DNA of 64,000 bases. It comes from Selaginella moellendorffii (Eukaryota > Plantae > Lycopodiophyta). Location: positions 1,526,696-1,590,695 of the forward strand of contig NW_003314276.1 in assembly GCF_000143415.4 (NCBI RefSeq). The letters are read 5' to 3'. Under the pieces are notes generated by a model, which was given only the letters and a program-made list of their open reading frames with translations, made no database searches and was not told the DNA's origin. A program made the position numbers and the translations under genes. Shown here piece by piece: positions 14,141-26,556 of the stretch (position 1 is the first letter of the stretch; every line of letters starts with the position of its first letter).

Positions 14141-15295
14141 TTAACTTACATTTATTAATGTTGAGAACCTATGATTGAATCTAGTGATAGTTTACTGTAT
14201 TTGCCAAAACATACCCCATGTTAGCTCTATTCAATTCTAATGGTTATTTATGGAAAGTGTTTAAATTTTCTTGAGTCTAAGTGCAAATTCCATACTATGC
14301 TAGTAAAATACCCATAGGCCATTAGTATATTAAAATTGCACCATACTCTATTTAACTCTGTTTTACATATTAATTTTAGCATTGAGATGTTAGATACTTT
14401 AGAACTATTTCAAAATCACTCTATGCTCCTATCCTTTCCCTTTTTATGTTATACACTCAAAAGTTATTTTGTGCTTTAGTTCCTTTGGTTCTTGGTTAAA
14501 TGCTTAAAAGTTTGGCTCTATCCCTTCATTCAGTGGCCCAAGGCTTTATAAATTTAAATTTTGCTCTATTGCTATTGGTTCATAAGTTCAAAAGTTTAGG
14601 TTCCACTCCATAGTTATTCTATAGTAAAACACTATAAAATAAAAAGTGAAAACCATATACACTACTTCATTAATATGTTACTAATTGTTTTCATTAACTT
14701 AGTCCTTTTTCACATTTTTCTATACTCTTTCACACATTTGAAGTCACTAATTAACTTTATCTTCCACCACATAAAATTATATATAATGTTCCATGTTTCT
14801 TTATTAGAACTTTATCATGTTCCCTTATTTGTATCACCTCCTATTATTACTGGCAAGTAAAAGTTTAAGGTTATTACTATTCTTGACTTAAAGTATAAGT
14901 ATCACAAACTTTATCATTTAGTTGATTGTATTCATGTTTTCGAATTGGTTGCAAATTTCTAACAGTAATATAGACCACTTCAGCTGGCTGGACTGAATCT
15001 ACATTCAAAATGGAAAGCCCCTTGGAAACCCCACCACAATTGGGGATGGAAAATAACATGGAATTTGCAGCAGTCTTGTAGAAACAGCTCCTGGGGGTAT
15101 TCAGGCCAAACCTCCTCATACCTATATGGCATGTCTCACTCCAACCAACAGCCACTTCTTCTTCACCTTCAAAGTTAGCAATGAGAATCATGGTGTACTT
15201 ATAGAAAAGACCAAGGACATCTCCGGGTGAACGCTTCCACCACCACCAATGTCTGGCCTGTTAGCTCCATCTCAGACCTCAGTCGCAGCACCAAA

Positions 15296-18200
15296 CTATC
15301 CTCGTCGTTTGCTCAGACGCCATGAGTTTGGCTCGTGGTACCGATCGTATAGCGGCTTTATACGTTCCTCCCGCTTCCTCTTGCTCAACTTGGTTGGATC
15401 AGCTGCCTTGAAGAACCTGGGAGCAAGCTCGACCAGCCACTTTGGATCGATGACTGTAATTTCTCGCATGTACTCCTTGGTTGTCATAACCAGCTCATTG
15501 TAAATCACCCAGTCGGGCTGATGCTGGAAGAGTGCACTGCTTGGATGAATGTAGACAGGCTGGTTCTCCACAATCGTCCTGTATCCTTCCTGAGGATCCT
15601 TGCGTGCGGCATGGAAAAAAAATCCAGCACATGTAGCCTTCCTGATCCTTGTCAAGTTCTTCCCAGCACTCACCACCTCCAGCTTATATTTGTCCATGAT
15701 CGTAAGCAGCTGCTTCCTCACGTCCTGTGCCTTTCGTAGTGATCGAGACTGTACAAAGTTCTCAAAGCACCATGGTCCGGAGAACTTCTTATCAGTCCAC
15801 GCCTCGTAGACAGCAAGTAGCGTCAGGTGATCACCCTCCGGCTGGAAAAACCTGGCTCTCTTTTGATCCGCCTGGGCCTGCTTCTCCCCAGGACGATAGA
15901 AAATGTTTTGCGCCTGGAGCATCGAGATGATCGTCAGTATCTCGTCGCTGCAGCCGAGGTCCACGCTCGCCAGGAGCATCTTGGACAGAGGTGGCTCCAA
16001 AGGAAACTCCGCCATCTTTCGCCCCACCTTGGTCAGCAAACCTTCTTCATCCAACGCTTGCAAGCTGTAGAGCTGCATCATGGCAGAAACCAGCGCCTGG
16101 GACTGTGGACGATCCATGAAGTCGAATGAGAGCAAATCGTTGATCCCCATGGCCTTCATCATCAGAACCGTCATCCCGAGATTCACCCTCTGTATCTCTG
16201 GGACGCTCGTCGGAAGCATCTCGTTCCAGAACGAGCCCTCGGTGTAAAGCCGAAAACACTTCCCGGGCCCTGTTCTTCCTGCACGACCAGCTCTCTGCTT
16301 GGCTGACGCTTGAGATATAGGAGTGATCACCAGCGAGTCGAATCCCAGCTTCGGATTGTACACCTTTTGCTTTGCAAATCCCGGATCAACGACGTAGTAA
16401 ATGCCATCAATTGTCAGGGATGCCTCTGCAATATTGGTAGCAATGACGAGTTTCCTCGTCCCCGCAGGAGCTGGATCGAAGATTCGAGTCTGCATCTCGC
16501 TGGGAAGAGCGCTGTAGACCGGCAGGACGATCAACTCTGGCACATTCGGTCCCAGATCCTTCATACGTTCATGCAAAATCTCGCAAGCGGTGTCAATCTC
16601 CTCTTGTCCCGTTAGAAAGAGCAATACGTCCCCCTCCGGTTCCGTAAGGTGGATTTGCATCACCGTGGTCAATGCCGCATCCAGGTAGTCGGTCTCTGGC
16701 TGCTTGGTGTAGAGAATCTCGACTGGAAAAGAGCGTCCTGGTATGGTGAAGATGTTGCAGTTGAAAAAGTAGGCCGAGAACTTCTCAGCGTCCAGAGTTG
16801 CCGACGTGACAATGAGCCGCAAGTCAGGCCGCCGCTTCACCAGGCTCTTGAGCAACCCGAAAAGAACATCCGTGTGGATTGTTCTCTCATGAGCCTCGTC
16901 CAGCATGATCACCGAGTATGCCGAGAGGTTCTCGTCCATGAGTATCTCTCGGAGAAGCATACCATCTGTCATGTACTTGATGACGGTCTCAAGCCCTGTG
17001 CAGTCCTCGAACCGGATGGCATATCCAACCTCCTCACCCAAACGGCAGCCGAATTCTTCTGCCACCCTCTTGGACACGGACATGGCGGCCACCCTTCGAG
17101 GTTGTGTGCAGCCGATTTTCCCCCTCGAAGTGTATCCCGCCTCGGCCAGGTACTGCGTCATCTGAGTCGTCTTTCCCGAGCCGGTCTCACCAATCACGAC
17201 CAGCACCTGGTTCTCGTTCACGGCCTTGACGAGGTCCATCTTCAGCTTGTAAATCGGCAAGCTCTGTCTCTGCTCTTGAATCGAAAGCTTCGACCGTTGT
17301 CCGAAAGTTGGCGCCTTTCCCAACGCATTCTTCTTCCAGTCGGGCATATCGTACGCAGACAGTCCTACACCCCGGAGTTCTTGTGCTAGGCGCCGCTCTC
17401 CTGTCTCTGGCATGGGATCCTCCCATGAACGATTCAAGTCCTTGGGTATAGAGTCCAGCATTGTTCGCTGCTGCTGCTCCCTTCTCTCTTTAGCCAGAGG
17501 CAATTGAGTTATCGCTGCTCTCTGCAAAGAGCCGTCGGGGTTCCTGACGATCTTCACAGGTGAGAGATCAATCGAGTACCTTGTTTGTCCCCTCAAGAAC
17601 GCAGGCTTGTCCTCGTTCGGCAATATTTCAAGCTCTACTTCTGCGCCATCATCGTGAAACAGCATACCACCTCCGTCATCGTCATGCATGGGATTGTCTC
17701 GCATGCCCAGCACCCCTGAAGCAGCCAGCTGCGTTCTTTCAAACCTCTCTGGAGAGCTCATTTTCTTGGAAGGCCGAGGAGCGTCTGAGTTGTCGTCGAT
17801 CAGTGGAATCCCAGAAAGGCCCATCCTTGTCGTCGATGGCTTGTTGGCAATGGAAGGATTGGTTCTAAAGTCATCCTCTTCATTTCCCGATGGCTTGAGA
17901 ATAGGAACCAGATCGTCCCCGCTTTCCTGGTCCACGTCTCTCATAGAGAGACTCATCGTCCCACCCTTCAAAGACACCACCTTCACCCACACCTCCTGGC
18001 CCCTCTTCACAACATCCTTGGCATGCTCAACCCTCCGAGAAGCCATCTCAGACTTATGGACGAGTCCTTCCGCATCGTCGAAGGACCCGTTAAGCTGAAC
18101 AAAGCATCCAGAATCCATTATCCTCCGCACCCTGCCCTTGTAAATCTTGTAGAGCTCTGGCCTGGACTCGGGCTCCCGACGATGGTCTTCCTCGTCTCTG

Positions 18201-18574
18201 CTGCTTCTCCCACTGCTCCTGCTATCCGTGTCCATATGCCTTTCTCCATCTCGATCCCGCTCGCAATCCCTCTCCTCTTTATCTAGCTCCTTCTCTCTAA
18301 CATTCTCCCTCCCCCGATGTCTATCCTTGTCTTTCCTCACGGGCGGGAAAATGGCGTGAATGATCATCAGCAGCTTCTTGACGAAGTAATCCTGGAACTC
18401 CGCCCCGTTTTCCTTGAGCCTCCCGCCGAATTCCTCCAAGCTCTCGCTGTGTCGGCCCAGCTCGATGATAAACTCGGCCAGCGTCTTGTTGCTGCACCCT
18501 ACGTGTGTTTCCAGCTCGGTGCATACCTTTGACACGAGCGACAAGTACTCAAGCTTCTCCTGGAGCTCCATCAC
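15296..18574 (-). CDS. PRP22: Pre-mRNA splicing factor ATP-dependent RNA helicase PRP22/DHX8 (S1 domain + DEAH box)
   Basis: 1092-aa ORF with S1 domain, [35 protein letters not shown] and typical C-terminus. Confidence 0.97.
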   Translation of the reverse strand: MMELQEKLEYLSLVSKVCTELETHVGCSNKTLAEFIIELGRHSESLEEFGGRLKENGAEFQDYFVKKLLMIIHAIFPPVRKDKDRHRGRENVREKELDKEERDCERDRDGERHMDTDSRSSGRSSRDEEDHRREPESRPELYKIYKGRVRRIMDSGCFVQLNGSFDDAEGLVHKSEMASRRVEHAKDVVKRGQEVWVKVVSLKGGTMSLSMRDVDQESGDDLVPILKPSGNEEDDFRTNPSIANKPSTTRMGLSGIPLIDDNSDAPRPSKKMSSPERFERTQLAASGVLGMRDNPMHDDDGGGMLFHDDGAEVELEILPNEDKPAFLRGQTRYSIDLSPVKIVRNPDGSLQRAAITQLPLAKERREQQQRTMLDSIPKDLNRSWEDPMPETGERRLAQELRGVGLSAYDMPDWKKNALGKAPTFGQRSKLSIQEQRQSLPIYKLKMDLVKAVNENQVLVVIGETGSGKTTQMTQYLAEAGYTSRGKIGCTQPRRVAAMSVSKRVAEEFGCRLGEEVGYAIRFEDCTGLETVIKYMTDGMLLREILMDENLSAYSVIMLDEAHERTIHTDVLFGLLKSLVKRRPDLRLIVTSATLDAEKFSAYFFNCNIFTIPGRSFPVEILYTKQPETDYLDAALTTVMQIHLTEPEGDVLLFLTGQEEIDTACEILHERMKDLGPNVPELIVLPVYSALPSEMQTRIFDPAPAGTRKLVIATNIAEASLTIDGIYYVVDPGFAKQKVYNPKLGFDSLVITPISQASAKQRAGRAGRTGPGKCFRLYTEGSFWNEMLPTSVPEIQRVNLGMTVLMMKAMGINDLLSFDFMDRPQSQALVSAMMQLYSLQALDEEGLLTKVGRKMAEFPLEPPLSKMLLASVDLGCSDEILTIISMLQAQNIFYRPGEKQAQADQKRARFFQPEGDHLTLLAVYEAWTDKKFSGPWCFENFVQSRSLRKAQDVRKQLLTIMDKYKLEVVSAGKNLTRIRKATCAGFFFHAARKDPQEGYRTIVENQPVYIHPSSALFQHQPDWVIYNELVMTTKEYMREITVIDPKWLVELAPRFFKAADPTKLSKRKREERIKPLYDRYHEPNSWRLSKRRG

Positions 18575-18849
18575 TGCAGCTCTGCCCTAGCCCTAGAAAT
18601 CCCGCCTTTATAGACCTTGTTTTAATCTTTATATATACTTACTAACCTTTTAGGGCTGTTTATTCAGTTGAGCAAACTTTATTCCTTCACTCTTTTTGTT
18701 CACTGAATGTTCAAAAATTGATACTTTAGAGACACCTAATCAGTGTGGGGGCTTTTGCTGTTGCTTGAAAGGGTCTACAAAGGTCCCTGATGTTTATTTT
18801 ACAAAATCCACCCAGTAATCGGGGCAACACTCTTCCTCTTGTTTTAAAA

Positions 18850-20520
18850 ATTGGGTTGGTGAGTGAGGCATATTAACAATTTAAGTTTACACTTTGAGGT
18901 TGTAGGGTCTATCGGTATTAGTTATTCCATGTTACCATAGGTCAAAATAATTCTTCATTGAGTGCTATGAGTGGTGAATAGTTCCTTAGCATGGCATAAA
19001 TATGAGTATGAGTGGATCAATCAAAACTGTAGGGATTAATCTATTAGTTTAGGTAATCATTATTGTGCTCTTTTGTAAACTTTTTTTATATTGGACTGAA
19101 AGCAATGCAAATGCAAATTTAAGGACTAGTTAAAATTTGAGTCCAAAAAGAGAGTTATCAAAGATGAAGAATCAAGTATGTAAATTATCTTTTTTTCTTC
19201 GAAAGATGATTTGGCAAAGAGATATGATATCATTGTTTGTATTCACATTATGCAATTAAAAGTCTTTACCTTAATGCATGTTAGTTATAACAATCTTACA
19301 AGTGGTGAGTCATAGGATGGATAGTAGTGAAGCGCTAAACCATTTTTTGTAGGTTTGCAATTAGAAAGCTTGAGTTGCAATGCTTAATTGTTTTTTAAAG
19401 AACTATTGCAAATGTGACTATGGGTATTGAAAGTTACTTGTTGGCAAGTTCTTTTAAATATTATTTCCTTAGTGCCATAACGGCAGAAGGTAAGGATTGG
19501 TAAACCCTTTATTAGTCTCAACTTAAGCTAGTTGAGAAACTAGTTATCATGTATGTACTTATGCCAAATAAATATAAAGTAGGAACTTTTATACATTTCT
19601 TGCTGAGCATACTCAGCTTGGTATGAAAAACTCATATATTAACTGCACTTGCTAATGTTGAGAACCCTCTTGATATTGAGCTTGATTCCTCAATATTTGC
19701 TAAATGATAAATTACCATGTCTGCCAAAATACTCTCACTATTATACCCCATATATTAGTCTTGTTCGGTCACAATGGAAAGTGTCTCAATTGGTTATTTA
19801 GGCATATCTATGGAATGTAGATATTATTCTAAACATGATGATGTTGTTCTCGTGTCTAAATTTGCAATCTACCACCATTTCATATTTAGTAAGTTTTCAT
19901 GATTGTCCTAAAGATTAACTCCTAAGACTGGGGTAAAAGCCCAAAATGTGCATTCTTTAGAGAAGGGATTCTAAATGTATAGTAGGGATAGTGGGTAAAT
20001 TGGGCATGGCTAACTAACCTAAGGCATAGCTTAGCTCCTACTTGTGCCTATCTTTGTTTTGCATTCGGCTTGTTACAACCTGATCTAAAAGGGAAACATG
20101 GGTCTAAGCCCAAACTCTATATTATACTAGCTAATGAAGTACTTATATTTTTACATTAGGCCATTAGTATGTTGAAATACCACCAAACTTTGTTTAGCTG
20201 TAGCACATGTGGTTTTTACCCTTATTCTATAGTGATTTACTATAGGATAACCACAAAGTGGAACCTAAACCCTTGATGTACCACGTGTCACATGCCATGT
20301 GCCATATGCCACATGTCCAATGATAGTGGAGTGGAATCTAAGTTTCAAGGCCTTGGGCCACTAAATGACAAAATGGAGACAAACTCTTAAGCAAGGAGCC
20401 AAAGAGCAATATATGGAGCATAAAGTAACTTTTGAGCATACAGCATAAGGAGTATAGGGATAGGATCATAAAGCATCTTGGAATAGTCCTAGAGCATCCA
20501 ACATTTTAATGTTAGCATTT
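18850..20520. mobile_element. Degenerate fragments of the 26420-46882 LTR family
   Basis: 18850-19410 resembles the reverse complement of ~44920-45500. 20199-20515 matches the LTR start (TGTAGCACATGTGGTTTTTACC). Confidence 0.7.
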
Positions 20521-21082
20521 GCTAAACATTGCACAGTGGCAGCTGCTACAACCCCTCCTCCTCAATCTCTTGATTCATTTGCAGCCCTAATGATCTTAAC
20601 CTATTCTTAAAAGGAAGTGAGTGCCACGTTCATGCTGCCGATTTTTCCCTGGTCCAGCATTGAAGTCTAGAGCTCTTCCAGGGTGAGTGAGTAGATCAAT
20701 CTCTGGCGGAGGGGCATCTTGGAAGAAGCCACATCTTCTTCTTCTTCTTCTTCTTCCTCTTTCTTTTTGATGTGATGCTACTAAGAAAGATTGGATCCTG
20801 TCTAGCTCTCTCACTCACTCACCAATGAGACTACCCTGATCGGCACTAAGGAAAGAAAAAACAAAGAAAAAAAATTCTGCATGAGATGTGAAGAAGGGAT
20901 GAGAAGGAAAAAAGGGGAGAAAGAGAAGAAAGGAGGGAGGATCCAAGCTCACAAATCAGGAGTGCACAAGAGCTAAGAGGAAACCTTAGAAGATGCATTC
21001 TGGTTAGTGAGAGTGGTCTCCGAACCTTAACCGGGCTCTGATGAAAATCTCTTTGGTGGTGATCTCTTTCATAGATTCATAG

Positions 21083-22756
21083 TGTAAGCGACTAATTTTT
21101 CCATTCTACTTTAGTCACTTAACCACACCTCCGACCACTTGGAAGAGTCTCATTCACAACCTCCATAAGTCCCTCTCAGGACTTGGGGCTTGCTAGCCCC
21201 GAGAATGGCATCCATGCCACTCCACCTTTGCACTTGGTCCAAGTGCTCCACGTGTCTGGTCCGATGACCGACACCCCAAGGCACCACCAACATACCAGCC
21301 CGTTACGCTAGGCCATGCCCAATCACTTTGGTCACATCAGTGGTCCAACACCACCTGCATTGCAATCCCGTCTCTCCAAGACTGGGCCATCCGTCCATGA
21401 GTGGTCATCCCAGATCCACTCCTTAGCATCCTTAGGATGCCCACTGACATGGGGAATAGCCTTCCTCAACATCTCCTTTCTGGTCCCCACCAAGTCCCTC
21501 TCTGTCCTTGGCCATGTTCGCCAACACTGCCACTGGATCAAGGCCCACATGCCCGACCACTAAGTCCAACTGTCCTCTAGGACTTCCTTACTGTGTGACT
21601 GTGTCCCTTGTCACCACACTAGCTCTTCCTTTCCACAGTCTGGGACTTTGGGCCAACATTTCGGAACACCGTGGCCTTACGCAAGCCTCATGGGTACTCT
21701 CCCCACCTCTCGCCTTTTGGTGCTCTAGCCATGGGTTTAGAGCGAGGTTCCGTTGAGCCACACCAGGTATCCAAGTAGGTAGTGCCACCCACACTTGGAC
21801 TGGGAGTATCGGCCAGTTGATCTCCCAGGGGAACTAGAGCCAGCTCTTGAACACTTTACCAAGCTACCCCGCTTATTGGTCCGTGTTCACTCTAGTCTTG
21901 GACTTCCCAGTGGGCAGCTCATCACCCAACACTGGGTCCGGCCTTCCTGGGCCAAACTGGCCTTTCCTGGCCAAACTGGCTCCATTGCAGTCCTCCCCCT
22001 TACTATACTTTTGGAGCTCACCAAACCCCCCAGGGTCACCCTCTCAGACTCGAACTCGGACTCGGACTCGGACTCGGACTCGGACTCGGACTCGGACTCG
22101 GACTCGGGCTTGGACTCGGGCTCGGGCTCGGTCTCGGTCTCGGTCCCGATCTCGGTCTCGATCTCGGTCCCGGTCTCGGTCTCGGTCTCGACTTCGGACT
22201 CCATCTCGGACTCCATCTCGTGTCCATCTCGAGTCCATCTCGGACTCCATCTCGGACTCCATTTCCGGTCCATCTCGGGTCCACCTCGGACTCCACCTCA
22301 GGTCCATCTCGGACTCCATCTCGGGTCCGTCTCGGACTCAATCTCGGATCCATCTCGGACTCCATCTCGGATCCACCTCGGACTCCACCTCAGACTCCAT
22401 CTCGGGGTCCTTCTCGGACTCCACTTCGGACTCCATCTCGGGGTCCTTCGCGGACTCCACTTCGGACTCCAACTCGGGTCCATCTCGGACTCCACTTCGG
22501 ACTCCAACTCGGGTCCATCTCAGACACTTCCACGTGTCATGTGTTGGTCCTTTTGGGTCCCTTTTTGGAACCTCGCTTATTGCTCGCTTCGTGCTCGTTC
22601 CTCGAGCACTTTGTTGGGAGTTCCACTCCCGCTCTCAACCTTTCAAGTCGAAGCTTTTAGTCCAAACGTGTTACGCTCGTTTAGTTTTCGCTTCGGCCAC
22701 CACCACATGGCACCCTTCTGGCTCCACTTTGGGGCCTAGGGATTTTGTGTCTCACA
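21083..22756 (-). mobile_element. Solo LTR (1674 bp) with internal tandem repeats
   Basis: TGTAAG...CTCACA termini; 5-bp TSD CATAG at 21078-21082 and 22757-22761. Orientation taken from the homologous LTR+PBS at 6424-7620. Confidence 0.88.
22044..22525. repeat. Tandem array of GACTCG/GTCTCG hexamers and CCATCTCGGACT-type 12-mers
   Basis: Directly visible; it generates spurious SR/TR/DS-rich ORFs in all frames. Confidence 0.95.
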
Positions 22757-23408
22757 CATAGCCCATCTAAGATACATGGATTCAAGGGCAAAAGTGATGG
22801 TGGTGCCACACTTGAGAGCTTGCGTGGGCTGTGTGGTACTGCACGTGAGGCTTCGAGAATTCAACAAATGGCAGGATGTCGAGTTTAGAAAGCTGAGAAA
22901 TAAAAACTTTTCGAATTTGGTGTGGATTTCTTTAGATCCTTACTATAAATATTGTATGGCTCAACCACTCTCAAGGCCCTCAGGACGAAAACACTCCATC
23001 ATGTGATTGCAGAATACAATGAATGATCTCTTTCAGATTGAGAATCAAATGTAATCTGGATCTTGGGAACTTATCCCTCAATGCTTATGTTAGTAAAGAT
23101 TAGTTGTCAGGGTAGTTGTCAAGATTAAAGTATCTATTCTATTATAATTATATAGAATATTAAATAAAATTTTCTTCCTTTTTCTAGAAAATATATTCTT
23201 AAAAGTAAGAGGTGTATAATCCTTCAATATACCATAGCGAGGAAAGGATCTTTTCACTGTATTTCATGTCAGTTTAATATAATTTGTATGAACTTTAGTA
23301 ACTGGATTAACAAAATTTTAAGAGTGGTTGACTGTATAATAAGTGAAGTTCAACTGATCCAACCACTCTTTGTTGTAACAATAATTTCTATATATGATTG
23401 TTCCAAAA

Positions 23409-23410
<2 letters not shown>

Positions 23411-23452
<42 letters not shown>

Positions 23453-23470
23453 TATAAAATAATAATAATA
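23411..23470. repeat. (ATT)n/(AAT)n microsatellite
   Basis: Directly visible. Confidence 0.9.
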
Positions 23471-24884
23471 GAAATATAATTTATTTTGGCTTAACATATC
23501 TATATAATACATCAAATAACGTTTGTACAGTACAATCAGCCACTAGAATCATAAACAATTTATTTAAATCACATTCAATTCCTCTATAGACTCATTGACT
23601 TTTTAATCTTCTACCACGATTATATTTTCATACCAATTCATTATTATGTGCTGGCTTTTATAATTAAACTCAATACAAGTTTAATTTTGTGGCATTTTAA
23701 TGCATCAGTAATATATCACTTGAAGCCATTTGAGCAAATATAAAATTCCTATTTATAAACCAAATACTAATTTTACATGATCTTGTTGTATTGCAATTTT
23801 TATAATTCCACTTTAAACCATTTTTACAACCTCAATTATCATATTCATATGTCATTAATTGATAACATGTTTTACATTCTATTTTTTCTAGAAGAAAATT
23901 AACCATTATACAAAAAGTAAAAAAAATTACCTTACTATTAATTAGTCTTCTCCTAATAAGACTAGAAAAAGAAAAATTACTATTTAATTACAAAATTATA
24001 GTTGCTAATATACATATTAACAATAAGAAAACGGGTGGTCCAGGAAAAATTATAGAAATTAATGAAAGTAAGTAAAATATAATTATGGTAGAAGAGTATA
24101 ATGTCAAGGAATCAAAGGATTAAATGTGATTCATATCAAATATTTATGGTTCTAATGGTTAATTGTTCTACAGAAACCTTAACTATATATATATATGTAT
24201 GTGTGTGTGTGTAATATTCATTTTCATGGCAAAGAAACTTCCTCTTCCTCTTTTAAAGTAACAATTGGTGCAATTGCTTGATGTTATATGGTTATAATTG
24301 AATAATTAAACTTAATTAATGTGGTGCAACTTTTACTCTTGTTATCAATCTTTGCATCCAACCAAATTTCTTCTGTGTGACTCTAGGTGATATATATCAT
24401 TAGTTTGATCACTTTATAATGATTGCCACTTATCATTCTTAGGATGATATTTAGTATCTAAGTTTCCCACATGTCTTCAAAAGATAATGTTGCAATAGTA
24501 TAATGGTTTATATAAGGATTGGAGTCTCCTTCTATATGTATTCAAGTACACATTTATGCATTTTAATGATAATTGCATCATTTTTTCAAGGCTATTTAAA
24601 TTAGTTATATAATTTAGTGTTTGTTTCCAAAGCTTTTTACTTTTACTTTTACAAGTATATTCTTAAATTGAAGGTGGCCAAAAAGTCTAGAGGGTGAATA
24701 CAATTTGCCTTTGACTCCACTTATCACGGCTACACAAGTTAAGAAACAAGAGGAAAGGTATTATACTTTTTGTAATAGAGATTAAAGCACCAATAAAGGA
24801 AAATCCATTGTTTCCAATATTTTTTCCTTTGTGAGAATATAAAGATTACTTATAGCAAGAATCAAGTTTAGATCTACCACTGCA

Positions 24885-26290
24885 ACAGATGGTAAATCAT
24901 GTTATTGAGCTTGAACCAGGTTCATAACCAGTGTCTAGAGCTCTCTATCGAGTTTCGCATGCAAAATCACTTGCAGCTAAAGGACATCAACTAAAGGACT
25001 TGCAAGTGAAAAGTTATATCCAACCAAGTCAAAGTCCTTTTAGAGCTTCAGTGCTACTGGTTGAGAAAAAGGATGGCTCCATACAACTTTGTGTTGATTA
25101 TCAAGCTCTCAATAAGGTGACTGAAGAATTCTTATCCTTCACCACACATTGATGATCTTTTAGATCGTCTTGAAGGTGTGTGTTACTTTTCTAAGATTTA
25201 TCTTAAGAGTGGCTATCACCAAATTTGAATTAAGGAAGGAGAGCAGTCTATTTCAAGATCATTTGCAAAAGGGAGTTTGTTTACTTGGATGATATACTCA
25301 TTGAAAAAGAACAACTTGACCTACTCAAGAAAAATGAGTTCTATTTGAATCCAAAGAAAAATTTCTTCTTTCAAGATCATATTAAGTATCTTGGGCATGT
25401 GGTGACCTCTAGATGACATTTTGGGTCTTGCAAGATTTTATCACAAGTTTATCAAGTATTCTTCTGTGATAGCATCTCCTTTGAGTAGTTTGCTTTATAA
25501 GAATGCTCTTTTTAAGTGGAATGAAGCACCAACATCTAGCTTTGCACAACTTAAAACAGTAGTGATGACAGCTCTTGTCTTCATAATGATGATGCCAAAA
25601 TTGGTGCTATGCTCATGCAAGACAATCATGTAATTGCTTTTGAAAGCTATAAATTTTCAAGTGCTGAATCTCATTACTTAATTTATAATAAAGAATTTCT
25701 TGCCATGATTTACCTTGCAAAAGTGGAACACTTTCTCATGGGGGTGGATTTTGAAGTGCATTCATGCACTACAGCATTATCTTACTCAGCCAGTTATGAA
25801 TAAGTGACAGGCTTGCTAGTTGGCCTTCCTCGCTAATTTTCATTTTAAGATCATTTATATTCCTGGTAATAAAAAAAAAGTTGGAGAGCATACATTAATG
25901 CTATTTCAGTGGTTCTCACTGATTTTGTGGCATCTTTTCCACATAAGTATATGACTGATTCTTATTTTAAGCCTATTTATGAGAGTTTTAAGCATGAGCT
26001 ACATCCAAAAACTGAAATCTCTTTATGTAAAAATTATCCTCTTTCTAAGAATTTGCTTTATTTCCATGATCTCCTTCATTTAAGGACACTCAAATTATGC
26101 TTTTACATAAAGCTCATGAGAAGCTATATGTTGTTCACTGTAGTTTTCAATATAAAGGTTGATATTCTTGAGTATTATAAACCATGCAAACTTTGTTAGC
26201 GAGTAAAAGTGCCATAGGAAAAGTTAAGGAAACTTTTGCAACTTTTACCTATTCCTATATCTGCTAGTGTAATATTTATATGGACTTCAT
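24885..26290 (+). mobile_element. Degenerate Ty3/gypsy pol remnant (RT, RNase H, start of integrase)
   Basis: 'IQPSQSPFRASVLLVEKKDGSIQLCVDYQALNK', 'LKSGYHQI', 'LGLARFYHKFIK', 'VIAFESYKFSSAESHY...KEFLAM'; many stops and frameshifts. Confidence 0.9.
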
Positions 26291-26500
26291 CACAAACACA
26301 AGAGCAAAAAAAAAACTCAAGGGTATAGTAAGGCATGTTAGGATAAAGAACTTAATTTACCATAAGACTCATAATGGAGTGGTAGTGTAGTGGAGTTTTT
26401 GAAGTAGATTGGGGGTGGTTGTAGCGCACGTGGTTTTGACCCTTTATCCTATGGTGATTTACCATAGGATAACACCACGAAGCAGAACCTAAACCCTCTT

Positions 26501-26556
26501 TGTGCCACGTGACAGATGCCACGTGTCACATGCCACGTGTCCATGCCACGTGTCCA
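26501..26556. promoter_or_regulatory. Cluster of CACGTG (G-box/ABRE-like) motifs in the LTR; partly conserved copy at ~45820-45875
   Basis: TGCCACGTG(A/T)C is repeated four times in ~55 bp. Confidence 0.5.

Noticed and set aside
14877-15191. 104-aa ORF downstream of PRP22
   Set aside because: No recognisable domain; it runs into AT-rich sequence.
15249-18532. Many + strand and alternative-frame ORFs over PRP22
   Set aside because: Antisense or shadow ORFs of a GC-rich coding region.
15296-18574. Intronless PRP22 as a retrogene
   Set aside because: No poly(A) tail or TSD seen, and plant PRP22 genes can be intron-poor; unsupported without the paralogue.
21795-22761. SR/RS-, TR- and DS-rich ORFs resembling splicing factors
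   Set aside because: They arise in all frames from the hexamer array inside a solo LTR.
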